From: an uncultured virus (IMG/VR IMGVR_UViG_3300006879_000002)
Taxonomy: Duplodnaviria; Heunggongvirae; Uroviricota; Caudoviricetes
Virus record (IMG/VR): IMGVR_UViG_3300006879_000002
Direction: 5' to 3' (one strand)
DNA length: 37,875 nucleotides
Position 1 is the stretch's first letter. Each line of letters begins with the position of its first letter. This document shows positions 9,167-19,800 of the stretch, piece by piece. A model generated the notes under the pieces. It searched no databases and was not told the origin of the DNA. It worked only from the letters and a program-made list of their open reading frames with translations. The position numbers and the translations under genes were made by a program.

Positions 9167-10054
9167 TTATGTAGTGGCGCTGGTTCGCCCGTCATCTGTC
9201 ACATCATCCACTTGGACGACGGTGCGGGTCCCTTCGGTCCCGTCAGGGTTGGTGTAGGCCACCTCGTGAACCCCCACGACCTGGAAAGAGCGACCGCGGT
9301 TGACGATATGGTCCGCATTCGGCGTCGTGTCCGAAGTGCCCACGTAGGCCCCGGACTTGGTACGCATCTCCAACACAACATCGCGTTCGTTGGCAATGTT
9401 GCCCAGGGAGTGCGTTGCGGGCACGTACCCGTCGAAAGTTAGTGGCTCAGACTCGGGATTATCGCTCATGCTGCGTAGATGCTCCAGTAGAGCATTCCTG
9501 GAGTTCCCGTGGTCAGTCGGCGCTCGCAGGGCGGCGTAGACGACGTGCTCGCGCTGGTTGATGCGCTCATAGTCCTGGATCGTGCGGTCAACGTTGCTGA
9601 TGCGCTCACGGACATTGGTCGGCAGCGAGCTTCTGGTGCCGTGCACGCCACGCAACGCCCGGTTCCCGCCTTCTAGCGCGTCCTGGTCGCGCAACATGTC
9701 ATTCAACGCGCGCCGCCTGGTCTTGGGGAGTCCTCGTTCCCATTGGCGCTTAGTGCGCGAATATTCCTTTTTCATATTCGACGACAGCATGGGTCGAACG
9801 CGATCCTGCGGAGGGAGTTTGCGGCTCTTCCGAGGGCGCACAGCGTCATCCCGAAGGCGCGGAACTTCCCGACGTGCGTCGGATTCCGCCATGGTCATCG
9901 TCTCGTCGAGGGCGTCCGCATCAGTGCGGTTGAGGGTGCGTTCGGCCTCGGCTTCGGCTGCCTCTGCTTGGGTAATTCTCCGGCTCTGAGCCGAGTGAGT
10001 TTCCCCCTTGGGAACGCTGCCGCTTGGGTCGGGTCTGTCGGGGCGATCACTCAT
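9167..10054 (-). CDS. Protein with a C-terminal VIP2/C3-like ADP-ribosyltransferase fold, catalytic residues degenerate
   Basis: W..GL....R.AL...NRALRG...ISNVDRTI...VVY...FDGYVPAT...VVLEMRTKSGAYV...DHIVNRGRSFQVVGV follows the order of elements in ART exoenzymes. GAGGAG RBS. Confidence 0.55.
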   Translation of the reverse strand: MSDRPDRPDPSGSVPKGETHSAQSRRITQAEAAEAEAERTLNRTDADALDETMTMAESDARREVPRLRDDAVRPRKSRKLPPQDRVRPMLSSNMKKEYSRTKRQWERGLPKTRRRALNDMLRDQDALEGGNRALRGVHGTRSSLPTNVRERISNVDRTIQDYERINQREHVVYAALRAPTDHGNSRNALLEHLRSMSDNPESEPLTFDGYVPATHSLGNIANERDVVLEMRTKSGAYVGTSDTTPNADHIVNRGRSFQVVGVHEVAYTNPDGTEGTRTVVQVDDVTDDGRTSATT

Positions 10055-10108
10055 TCGCGAAACTCCTCATTTGCGTTCCAGCATGCTTCTATACATAATA
10101 GCATGTTA

Positions 10109-10849
10109 TTAGGAGGCTTGTCCGGTAATATCACTGTCCACAAGCCATTTGTCGTCCTCCTTTGCGAGCGCCAACGTTGGCGATTCTTGCTTCCCGTAAT
10201 ACGGCCAGGTCACATCCACTGCATCCGAAGACACCATTGCGCCATCGGTTGTGATCACCAGGTCAGTGAGCTTGCATTGAACCGTGGTCGCGTCGTCCCC
10301 GTCCTCAGCCCCGGGAGGAACGATGCAGTCACTGACAGCCACCTGGACCTCATACCCCTGCTGGCGGGCAACAGTGCGCGCGTTCGATGTCGGAGCAGGA
10401 CGATATTGCTTCAGGGCCGATTCGAGGCCAGCCGCCGTCGTGGTCTCCGCCAACGCGCCCTTCCACTCATCGACGTCCTGGTACCGGACCGACTCGCTGT
10501 TCTCCCGGACCTCCAGGTACGCCTGCACCGCTTCCAACTGCTGGTCGTTGACTTGACCGACGTCAAGGTCTGCCCCCTGGCTCTCCTCAGGCTGCGTTGT
10601 CTCGGCAGTGGATGAGGGGGAGGGGGTCTGGGCCGACTGGGATGCGTCCGCGCCTTCCTGCGACGCGGACTCACCCGCATCGCCACCCTCGGAGCCAGGA
10701 TTTGCTGGTACAGGCTGCACAGGAGCCGAGGAGTCGTCATTCGAGTCGCGAGGGGACTGCGCGTCGCTGGCGGTCCCGCTACATCCAGCTATCAGGGCGA
10801 CTGCGAGCGCCAAGGCGGTCGCGCAGGACAGGGAAGTGGTGGGCCTCAT
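10109..10849 (-). CDS. Putative lipoprotein of the conjugation locus
   Basis: Lipobox LIAG-C, Ser/Pro-rich linker, C-terminal ...EDDKWLV typical of NTF2-like domains. Confidence 0.7.
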   Translation of the reverse strand: MRPTTSLSCATALALAVALIAGCSGTASDAQSPRDSNDDSSAPVQPVPANPGSEGGDAGESASQEGADASQSAQTPSPSSTAETTQPEESQGADLDVGQVNDQQLEAVQAYLEVRENSESVRYQDVDEWKGALAETTTAAGLESALKQYRPAPTSNARTVARQQGYEVQVAVSDCIVPPGAEDGDDATTVQCKLTDLVITTDGAMVSSDAVDVTWPYYGKQESPTLALAKEDDKWLVDSDITGQAS

Positions 10850-12642
10850 TGGCTTACCTCGGAGTAGTCGACGCGGGTGGCGGCATAGAAGTTGTCGCCC
10901 AGGTTCACATCAGCGACTTGCACGTCCAGCCCGCTATAGGGGGCTTGGATAACCTGCCCATCACCGATGTACATGGCCACGTGATAGATACCTCCAGCGC
11001 CGCCATTGGAGTAAAACAGCAGGTCCCCTTCACGGAGGTTGTCTTGCCCGTCTCCAGGGGTGGCAACGGTGTGGCCCTTGGTCTCTTGGTACTGCTGTCG
11101 CGACGTGCGGGGCAGTTCGACCTCGTGGTCGGTGCCTTGATAGATCATGTACCGCATCAGCGAGGAGCAATCGTATCCAACGACGCCGGACCCGGAGCCG
11201 GACCCTTCAGAGGGGCCTTCGAGAGTCCCGCCGCCCCAGGAATAGCTCACGCCGAGCTGTTCGCGACCTACCGCAATAATGGAGGAAACGGTGTCACCGG
11301 CGTCCCCAGAGTCCCCAGAGCCACCCGAGGTGTCCTCGCTACCGCAGGTAGCCCCTCCGCTCATTCCCCCAGGACTGGAGTAGGTCCCGTCAAGCACGCT
11401 CATGGGGTCCACAGGAGAGCCGCCGCTGAGGCGTCCGCCGTCCCACACCCCAAAATGCAGGTGCGGGCCAGTGGTCTGCCCGGCCATTCCTACCGAAGCG
11501 ACTTGCTGACCGGCTTCCACATCGTCCCCGACGCTGACGTCGATATCATCGACAAACATGTGACTGTAGACGGTGCTGTAGACGTGCCCGTTGAGGTCGT
11601 GGTCGATGACGACCCAGTTGTTGCCACGCAAGGACGGCCCTGTGGCAACTACTGTCCCGTCTGCCGCGGCCAGAATCGGTGTACCCAGGGGAGCCCCGAG
11701 GTCCTGACCGTTATGCAGCTCGTAGGTTCCCGTGACAGGGTTGGTGCGCATTTTGAATGGGGAAGTGGGCGTGAAGGACCCTTCGGGAAGTGGCATGGAG
11801 AAGGTGTCGGACAGGAACCCGCCACTGCCTACATCAACGCCGATGTTGTCGTTGTCCGTGGGGGACTTGTCTGGAGCTATCTCCTCAGCGTCAGAATTGG
11901 CCGAGACCAGGTTGCGGGCCTTATCTTCCCACTTGCGGTATGCACTGGGATAGGCCGACCCCTGGACTGCCTGAGCCGCCTCAGCCAAGCCTTTATTTTC
12001 CCAGTTTGGTACGTCGAGAAGCCCCTGATTGGCCACCCCACCAGGGGCTCCGAAGAACGCATTGGCGGCAAAAACCGGGTTCATGAGCCGTTTGATCGCC
12101 TCTTTAGGGTGCTCCACAGCAGTGAACCCAGGGGTGTCTGCCCACCCGGCAGAAGCCCGTTGTTGAAACAGGCCTACGGAGTCGGCGTCATTACCCACCG
12201 CATCGTGGGGCAACTCCATAGACGTCTGGGCCGTGTCGAGCCAAAACTGCGTACCGGGTTCTGCCGAAATATCGTAGCCGTTCACGTTCTCGCCATTGTT
12301 GGCATAATTCTGTATCCCAGACTCTTGCAGCATGACCATGACTGCGACTACTTGCCCCCTAGTACCAATGTCCAACCCCTTGGCAACCCCGATGACGGTG
12401 CGCACGTACTCCTGCTGCTAAGCAGTGACAACCTTGTAACCGCCCCCAGCTCCCGAGGCGAGGCACTGGTTCTGGCCCGCGGCGGAGTTCTGGTCATCGA
12501 CAGCGAGGGTGCCGATGCTGGCCACCTGGGACAGCATGGTTGCGCTCGTAAGGACCAATCCGAGCACAAGCGCGAGAATCAGCACAGGGGCCAGAACAAA
12601 GCCGACCAGCAGCGCCCCGCCTGTGCCGAATAGTCCTTTCAC
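10846..12642 (-). pseudogene. Conjugative cell-wall hydrolase (TM anchor + lysozyme-like + M23 + NlpC/P60) interrupted by one in-frame TAG at 12418-12420
   Basis: ORFs 12418..12642 and 10846..12405 share a frame (GCT TAG CAG CAG GAG TAC GTG). Motifs LQES...DSVGLFQQR, M23 HNGQD/HLHF, NlpC YSWGG/YDCSSL/HVAMY. GGAGG RBS before the GTG at 12642. Confidence 0.8.
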
Positions 12643-12666
12643 TGCTCGCCTCCCTCGATCTCAGCC

Positions 12667-13365
12667 TCAGCCCTGTTCCTCGGTCTCGTCCGCTTCCGCG
12701 GCTTCCGCGAACGCGACGATTGTGGAGGACCCATCATCCTGTTGCTCCACAGAGAACTCCCATTCGGCGGTCTCTGTGACGTTCACTCCACCCGAGTCCT
12801 CAATCGAGGACAGTTTGCGTTCAACGGTGACATGCCACCCTGTTAAATCCTCCTGCTCCCATACCTTATCTGCACTCTTTATGCTATCAGCCGAGGCGTT
12901 CACATCGAGGGAGATGACGCCGCCCCACAAATCAACGAAATTGCGTTCAGACTGCTGCTCGAAATCCTTCGAGGTCTGTTCATCCGCTGCCCATGAGTCG
13001 ACCCACTGAGAGGCGTCTGTGCCCACGTTCTCGTAATCCAACGAGGCCCACTGGGGGATCACCTCCTCCAGTACCTCCCGAGCAGAATCCTCCTGCGACA
13101 CGGATTCATCGGTCTCTTGCGACGCCTCCTCCTGAGGCGACTCGCTCGCCGCATCGGAAGGCTGCCCCGTCCCTGCGCCAGCATCAACCGCTGCCGGTGA
13201 GCTTGAGCCTGATGACTCGGTTGGAGACGGCGACGCCTCCGCTTCGCCCTCGGCGGCGTTGTCGTGGCGCACCCACTGGACAATCCCGAATGTGACAAGG
13301 GCTGCCAAGACCACCAGCAACGCTGCAAGAAGAATCCGAGGATTCAGGTCGACCACACGCCTCAT
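12667..13365 (-). CDS. Membrane-anchored conjugation-associated protein
   Basis: N-terminal TM helix, acidic linker, globular C-terminal domain, located in the T4SS operon. Confidence 0.7.
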   Translation of the reverse strand: MRRVVDLNPRILLAALLVVLAALVTFGIVQWVRHDNAAEGEAEASPSPTESSGSSSPAAVDAGAGTGQPSDAASESPQEEASQETDESVSQEDSAREVLEEVIPQWASLDYENVGTDASQWVDSWAADEQTSKDFEQQSERNFVDLWGGVISLDVNASADSIKSADKVWEQEDLTGWHVTVERKLSSIEDSGGVNVTETAEWEFSVEQQDDGSSTIVAFAEAAEADETEEQG

Positions 13366-13371
13366 AGGCGC

Positions 13372-15144
13372 TCACGCTCCTTCTGGATCGTCAGGGCGAA
13401 TAGCTACGTTCTCCAACGCGACGGTCGAGGCCATCACCGGCTCGCCCGTTTGCCTATGCAGCTGCCACTGTTGCGGATTGCAGACCCACACGAAGGGACC
13501 ATCGTCACCATGGCAGGGTCCAGACAGCGCCACAAGGTCGATGGACAACACATCGGACCAGTCCTCAGTGAACCCAATGCGGCTGATCGGGGACCCGCGG
13601 TGGAGCATGCGCAGCGAACCCGGCACATCGTCAGGGGCAGCAGGCTCAGCCATGCCCACTTGCTCCCACCGCTCCGCGACTTGGGCGGCAACCTCGCCCC
13701 CTATGCCAGGGGTTGGTTCCGGCTCTGGCTCTGAAACCTCCGGTGACGTGACTCCTGAAACCGCGTGGTGCTCGCGAGCATCGCGACGCAGCGGCGGGGG
13801 AGTGGCAGGCGGAGTTGACCGTGGTCCGCCGCCTATAGGGGCAACCATCTTCGGAGCCCGCCCCGTGGTGGCAGAAGTCAGCTTCGACTGGAACCCCCAG
13901 AGGGCACCACTGAGTTCACGAGCGCTCAACACCGGCACTGCACTATCAAGGTAGGCCACCAGATACTGCGCCTCGAGGATGTCGACCACCACGTCTTCAC
14001 TGGAATCATTGGGGCCAGGAACGACCACAGACAATGCGGCTTCAACGTCTGCATTGTGGACCACTACGAGACCACGCATAGGCAGCTGCATAGTGGTGCG
14101 AATACTACGCACGGCCCAGGCCACGGTACGTAGCGTCTGATCCAGGTCACGCCACTGCTCGTCAGTGCGATGGACAACGCTACCCCCATCGTCGCGCTCC
14201 ACTCGACCAGGCTCGGCGGTAGAACCGTACCGCTTAGAGTCCAACACCCATCCACCCGACCGAGCCAAGACCACATGGTCCGCGTTAGCTCCCCGGGTAG
14301 CGCCCGGGATTACCACATCGTGCACAACCCGGGTCCACTTCCCACGCCGCAGCCCCAGTAGCAATAAGGCAGTTTGCCGCTCCCACGCAGCCCCCACCTT
14401 CTTCATGTCAATGGCCGCATCCCGAGGGGGGCGAAGCCCCTGACGGCGCTTTTGCCCAGCATCCGCCTCGAACCGTCGAACCGCGGGCCGCAGCAGAAAC
14501 GGGAGCCCTGACGGCGGATCGGGCAACGTCCAGGTGAACTGTTCTGCCCGTAACCGCAACGGAAGCGGAACCACCAGACGTCCCTGCGCAAACAGAGCCA
14601 GGGCAATCCCCCCGGCCAAGCCATACGCCAACGCTGCCGCAACAACCACGACCGACGGCCCCAACACCAGAACACCCGCAGCCGCTGCGACAGCCGATAC
14701 AATATAGAAACCAAACGCGACACTATCGCGATAGCGCGCCAGAGATACCAGACGCAAACACGCCCCCACCCCCACAGAAACCGCCACGAACCAGACAGAA
14801 ACCCCGCCTGTAGCCACCAACCCCATCACCACACCGGTCAACACCACAGTCGACCACCACGGAGCAACCTCACCCCCCCGACCAGCCACCACAGCCACCA
14901 GCACATACACGCCAACAGCAACCGCCAACGGCACCAAAAGACCACTAGCGACAACGAGCACGCCCGTAGCCACAACCAGAGCCCCATAGAACCCCAGAGT
15001 CTCTATACGGGCACAACGTGTCCTCGCCCGCCCCCCAGGGTCCACTCGAGCCTCGACCTCCTCCTCGTACCAGGCATAGGCAGAAGCACCCGCCTCAGCC
15101 AAGAGACTCTCTACCCGAAGAGGAAACCGACGGCGCCGACTCAC
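13372..15144 (-). CDS. Multi-pass membrane protein with NERD (PD-(D/E)xK) nuclease domain
   Basis: Several N-terminal TM helices. VVHDVVIPG...NADHVVLARSGGWVLDSKRY is the NERD signature. Confidence 0.8.
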   Translation of the reverse strand: MSRRRRFPLRVESLLAEAGASAYAWYEEEVEARVDPGGRARTRCARIETLGFYGALVVATGVLVVASGLLVPLAVAVGVYVLVAVVAGRGGEVAPWWSTVVLTGVVMGLVATGGVSVWFVAVSVGVGACLRLVSLARYRDSVAFGFYIVSAVAAAAGVLVLGPSVVVVAAALAYGLAGGIALALFAQGRLVVPLPLRLRAEQFTWTLPDPPSGLPFLLRPAVRRFEADAGQKRRQGLRPPRDAAIDMKKVGAAWERQTALLLLGLRRGKWTRVVHDVVIPGATRGANADHVVLARSGGWVLDSKRYGSTAEPGRVERDDGGSVVHRTDEQWRDLDQTLRTVAWAVRSIRTTMQLPMRGLVVVHNADVEAALSVVVPGPNDSSEDVVVDILEAQYLVAYLDSAVPVLSARELSGALWGFQSKLTSATTGRAPKMVAPIGGGPRSTPPATPPPLRRDAREHHAVSGVTSPEVSEPEPEPTPGIGGEVAAQVAERWEQVGMAEPAAPDDVPGSLRMLHRGSPISRIGFTEDWSDVLSIDLVALSGPCHGDDGPFVWVCNPQQWQLHRQTGEPVMASTVALENVAIRPDDPEGA

Positions 15145-15716
15145 GACGCACCCCCCTCATACGTCACACCAGTGACCCGCACATCAGTCGGGGACTGCGC
15201 ACTCCCCGAGAACTCGAATTGCACCACCCCATACACCTGACCCTCCCCGGCGCTCGCAGGCATTGTGAAAGTGGTGGCGTTGCCGTCAGTGGTCATCTGA
15301 TCTGGTTGGACGTCCCCTAAATCAAGGTCGCTGTCGCGCATGACGGCATTACCCACGTCCTGCCATTGCTCGGGAGAAAGGTCACTGGTGGTGACAGTGA
15401 CTTGCCTCCCATCCAGAGTCGTGTACGTGAACTCTTCGGCTGCTGCCATCTGCTCGGTGGCCGCATCGAACGAATCGCAATTCTTGGGCCCATCTGCGAT
15501 GCAGTAGAACGCTTCAAAAGTGCTGGTTGCATAAACAGAGAGGCCGGGCTTGGGCTCTTCGCCCGGAGAGGGTGAGTCTTGCATATAGACCAGATACCTG
15601 ACGCCTAAAGCTGTCAGGGCGAGGGCATAGAACCCCACCAGCGCAAGCAGCATCCCGCGCCTAAACCCACGTCCCTCGCGGAGGCCGTCACTTAGGCTGC
15701 GCCGCATCAGACTCAT
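15141..15716 (-). CDS. Membrane-anchored hypothetical protein (191 aa; start re-assigned)
   Basis: The ATG at 15716 overlaps the upstream stop (ATGA). One TM helix then an acidic domain. The longer ORF-track start overlaps another gene. Confidence 0.7.
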   Translation of the reverse strand: MSLMRRSLSDGLREGRGFRRGMLLALVGFYALALTALGVRYLVYMQDSPSPGEEPKPGLSVYATSTFEAFYCIADGPKNCDSFDAATEQMAAAEEFTYTTLDGRQVTVTTSDLSPEQWQDVGNAVMRDSDLDLGDVQPDQMTTDGNATTFTMPASAGEGQVYGVVQFEFSGSAQSPTDVRVTGVTYEGGAS

Positions 15717-16183
15717 CGCAACGTGCGCCAATCCTGCACCAGGCGAACCAGTTTGCGTCCGTTCTGGTTGACTCGCAGGGCGACGAACCCGAAACCCACG
15801 ATGGTCGCAACAGTTAGAGCCATCGTGCCAGCCTCCATGAGCAGCAGCGCGCCTCCCGCGAATCCGGTGACCCAATGTGCCCAAAACAAGGTGCGCCACT
15901 GCGGTGTACGCGAGGGCCAGAGGTGCAGCAGGATGGCCGAGGAGACAGCCAAACTGGACAGCATGGCCTGGGCGTACGTGTAGGACACGTACGGGGAAAT
16001 CATCGCCACTTGGATCGGGCCGATCACAATCCAGACGAATGTGGCAGCAGCGGTCTTCAACCCGTTGAGTGCGCGCCCCCAAGGGGTGTGGCGCCGGTAC
16101 TCCCTAACTGCCCGCTGGGCAGGAGTAGTTCCGCGCCGTGGCGACGTGCCCCGACGCGTGGCTGCGAAATCACGAATAGCCAT
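15713..16183 (-). CDS. Small integral membrane protein
   Basis: About four hydrophobic segments after a basic N-terminus. TG-C-TATATT box a few nt upstream suggests a nearly leaderless transcript. Confidence 0.7.
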   Translation of the reverse strand: MAIRDFAATRRGTSPRRGTTPAQRAVREYRRHTPWGRALNGLKTAAATFVWIVIGPIQVAMISPYVSYTYAQAMLSSLAVSSAILLHLWPSRTPQWRTLFWAHWVTGFAGGALLLMEAGTMALTVATIVGFGFVALRVNQNGRKLVRLVQDWRTLR

Positions 16184-16207
16184 GCTTCTTAATATAGCAT
16201 GTTTGCG

Positions 16208-16894
16208 TCACCTGGCGGCACTCACTACCCAATCCGTGGAGGAATCACTGCCCCTGCTAAGGGTGACCGCATAGGACTGCGCCCCCGAGGTAGTAACCCC
16301 CTCCGTCTCCCGGCTGGTCGCCACAACCACCGAGAAACTCAGCGAACGACCGTCCTCACTCATCGCCATAGGTTCCACACTGTTGGCGATGACGGTTGCC
16401 GACACTGACACCTGCCTGTCCTCAAGGACCGGCCAACTGTCTTTAGCACCATCCAGTAGATCCTGACGCAACTCCTCCGATGCGTGGGGGAGACCGTCGA
16501 CCCACTCCTGAGCAGACATGTCTGCCGAGAACTCCGCATAGGCGCCAGTAAACTCTTGGGCCACCAGTACCGCAGACTGATAACCAGAAATGCTCGAGGG
16601 CGAATCAGGTACGTCTCTAGTGTCAGCTGAGCGGGATTCCTCCCGGGTCTCCTGGCCCCCTTCCGGGACGGACGGGTGGGCAATCGCAGCAACCACCGTG
16701 TTGGAGGTTGTCTCCTGCACAGGGTCTTCGATGAGCTGTGGCGACTCTTGCTGATCCGCCTCCGTGGAGGAGTCCGAGTCAGGCGAGATAAGACCCAAAA
16801 CAAGCATGACCGCACCCAAGACAATGAGGCCCCGCTTCACCGCTTGCCCCCGCGGTGACGAGAACAGCGTGACCTTGAACGAGCTATGAGACAT
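16208..16894 (-). CDS. Membrane-anchored conjugation-associated protein
   Basis: One TM helix, linker, C-terminal domain ending YAVTL...WVV (VirB8/NTF2-like pattern). TAATG overlap with the upstream gene. Confidence 0.7.
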   Translation of the reverse strand: MSHSSFKVTLFSSPRGQAVKRGLIVLGAVMLVLGLISPDSDSSTEADQQESPQLIEDPVQETTSNTVVAAIAHPSVPEGGQETREESRSADTRDVPDSPSSISGYQSAVLVAQEFTGAYAEFSADMSAQEWVDGLPHASEELRQDLLDGAKDSWPVLEDRQVSVSATVIANSVEPMAMSEDGRSLSFSVVVATSRETEGVTTSGAQSYAVTLSRGSDSSTDWVVSAAR

Positions 16895-19800
16895 TACTGC
16901 TCATCCCATTCATCCCAACTATCGGGTTCGTCTTGAGCGAGCTGGTCGAGGAGCCCAGAACGTCGCCTCTTACTCCGCTCCCTGTAAACGGGGGGCCCAT
17001 CCGCAGATGGCGCACCGAATATAGGCGCATCGCCACCATTATTCGAGGCGTTGTCTCCAGCAGGTTGCGGGCCGCGATAGTACGCGTCCGTGACCCCATC
17101 GGCCACTGCCTGCCGCATCTCTGACCGCGACATACCCCCGTCGCTGCCCCCAGGCGCTGCCGACACTGGGGTCTGGGAGTCCTTCACCCCGGGAGACTCC
17201 CGCATCACCGAAGCGACCTCATGCACAGCAGCCAGACGAGCCGCATCGAGCGTGGCCGAATCCGCCGAAGGATCGGCCAGCGCATCCGTGTAGTCACCGA
17301 CCACCTCACGGGCCGGATGGTCGGCAGGCATCGCAGCCTGAGCTCCCATCATCGCCCGGGCCGCCCCGGCACGTTCAGACAGGCTAGTCTCTGGCGTGAT
17401 GTTCGGGATCGCGCCAAGGACGCTCGCAGACGAGAACTGATCGGCCTTATCCCCAATAGAATGCACGCTGCTGACGTAATCAGGAACTCCATGGTCCCGG
17501 ATTGCCTCGGAGGCTCTACCCAAGGCTTCCTGTAGCTGGTCTTGATCCCCAGCGGAAGCAGCAAAGCGAAGATCGTTCAGCGCACCAGCTGATGGGTGGA
17601 ACGGGTCCATTCGGGCCGTGCTGTCACTCCCGTAGGCCTGGCTCGTGAACAGCACCGACGGGTCCTGCACAGCCTGCGCCCGACTGACCCCCACAGCATC
17701 AAGCACATCGGCCCCCTGGGTTCGGCCAGTGGCGGCGTAGTGCACATCCTGCATAAACGCAGGCTCAGTCAGATTATTGAGCGCCTGCTCACGGAACTGC
17801 TCCCGCTCATGTGGGTACGCACCGCCTGGCGGGTTCCCTCCGGAATCCTTGGGGCCCGGCCCTGGCTGCCCATAACCGCCTCCACCGTAGGCGCTAGCCA
17901 TGTCGTGGTCCGCGGCATCCTTCATCTCTCGACGTTCCCGCTCACGGTCCAACTGCCTCTGGCGCTTGTTGTCTGGATGTTCGGGGTCGAGATGACTCTC
18001 CTCGCCAGTGGCAGCTTTATACCCACCGAAGAACTGCGCCAGTTGCTCATCTTGCGCTCGTTGCGCTCGTTGCCTCGCTTGCCCACTCTCGGAAATACGT
18101 TTGGCATCCTTCTGCGCCATCTTGTGAGCATTGGGCAGCAGTTGCCCGTTCTCGTCGTGATACTTCCCTGCGGTCTTGGGGTTCTCGATCAGGGACGTTC
18201 CCAACTGGCGGAGAGCCGACTTGCGCCCGTCGGAGGATGCCTTCGCATTCAAAACACCCTCGCCACCCTTGGCCACCTGCCCGGTAAAACGCATTGCTCG
18301 GCCAGCCTTTGACCCAGGGCCCAGTGCCCGGGCCCCCTGCCCCAGGGCAGACCCCACCTTGCCCATCTTGCCTGCCGCTCCAGCCGTCTTCGCCGCGGCC
18401 CCGGCACCACCTGCCGCGGCCCCGGCGCCTCCTACAGCGGCCAGGATTCCGCCAGTGGCCGCCACACCACCGACAATAGCCACACCCTTACCAACAGTCT
18501 TGGCAGTGCGCTGAGGCCTGGTTGCTTCCTTGTCGATGACAGAAGTGTCGCCCTTGACGGCTCCCTTCGTGAGGTTCTTGATGGGGATCGCCATGAAAAC
18601 CAGGGCGAGGAAGAACAGCAGGGCCCCAAACGGCTTCATCGTCCACGGAATGTCCAGGAACGCTACGTCTGAGAAGAGCGATGACATCGCGTACGAGACG
18701 AACAGGACAATACACACCGCAGCTACCTGCTTGAGGATATTCGCTCCGATGAGTTCTGCAAGTCGTCGCGCAAACGGGCGACGCTTACTGTCGCCCAGTG
18801 ATGACGCTGCGAGTATCACCGGCGACAAAAAGAGCAGGATGAAGAAGGTCATTTTCTGGTAACCCAAGTAAATCGACGCCACCATGATGGTGATGCTCAC
18901 CGCCCCAACCCCAAACATCCCGGCGCCCACAAGGAGGAGGCGGGAGGCGTACTCTGTCCCTTTGAAGTGGGGAACCATGCTAGTTGTTCCTGCGGCGGAT
19001 GAGTGGCAAAACCCCGTCCCTGAGGCGCCTGAGTACATGAACCGGGCGTGCGCACCATTCTCCATGGCTGCGCTTTCCATCGTGTCCATATCGGCGCACA
19101 TCATCTTGATGTTTGCCAAGTAGGGAATCTTGGACCAGTAATCCTCTTCGACCCAGAGAGACACTTTCGAGTTGTCCCCATCTGGAGAATAAGACGCGTT
19201 GTTCCATTCGGTGGTGGCGTCGATAACATCCTTACCGAATTTGTCGGTCCCAACACTGCCGTCCATTCTCGTCGTGGGGCCGACATAGTTGGCGTTAAGG
19301 AGCACCGACCCCCAGTTCACTTCCCCCTCCGATTGCCGCTCGAATGCAACCTCGGCAGCGTCGGGCCCCACCTCCCCGACGAGCCAGGTGTGGTAGGGGA
19401 GCCCGCCCCAAAGCGCATCGTTAACGTTAGCCACTGGGTTCGACGGGTCACAGTTGGACTCGTCCCCAGCAGTGGATTCTCCTTGGTCCGCGGCGCTGAA
19501 CTTGCAGGCGGCGCTGCCCGCCAGCTCGGTGACAATATTGGCAGCCTTCGTGACCACCCATGATGTGGAGTTCCCCATCAACATGAACGTGGCAAGTATC
19601 AGCACACCCCAGGCCAGTGATTTGAGTGTGGCTTGTAGCGAGCCCTTGCTGAAGACGTAGGTAAGGAGCACCCCGATGGGTACCAGGATGTATATCCACG
19701 GGCTGAAAAGGTCGTACATGGCGCCGATGAACGGCTGCAACAGTGCGCCGAAAGTGCCGTACAGGTCGGTCGTCATCATGAACTTCAGGATCGCCATGGA

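Noticed and set aside
10597..12633. 678-aa plus-strand ORF and other long antisense ORFs (e.g. 21781..22716, 24394..25314, 34941..36092)
   Set aside because: Antisense shadows of well-supported genes, common in high-GC DNA.
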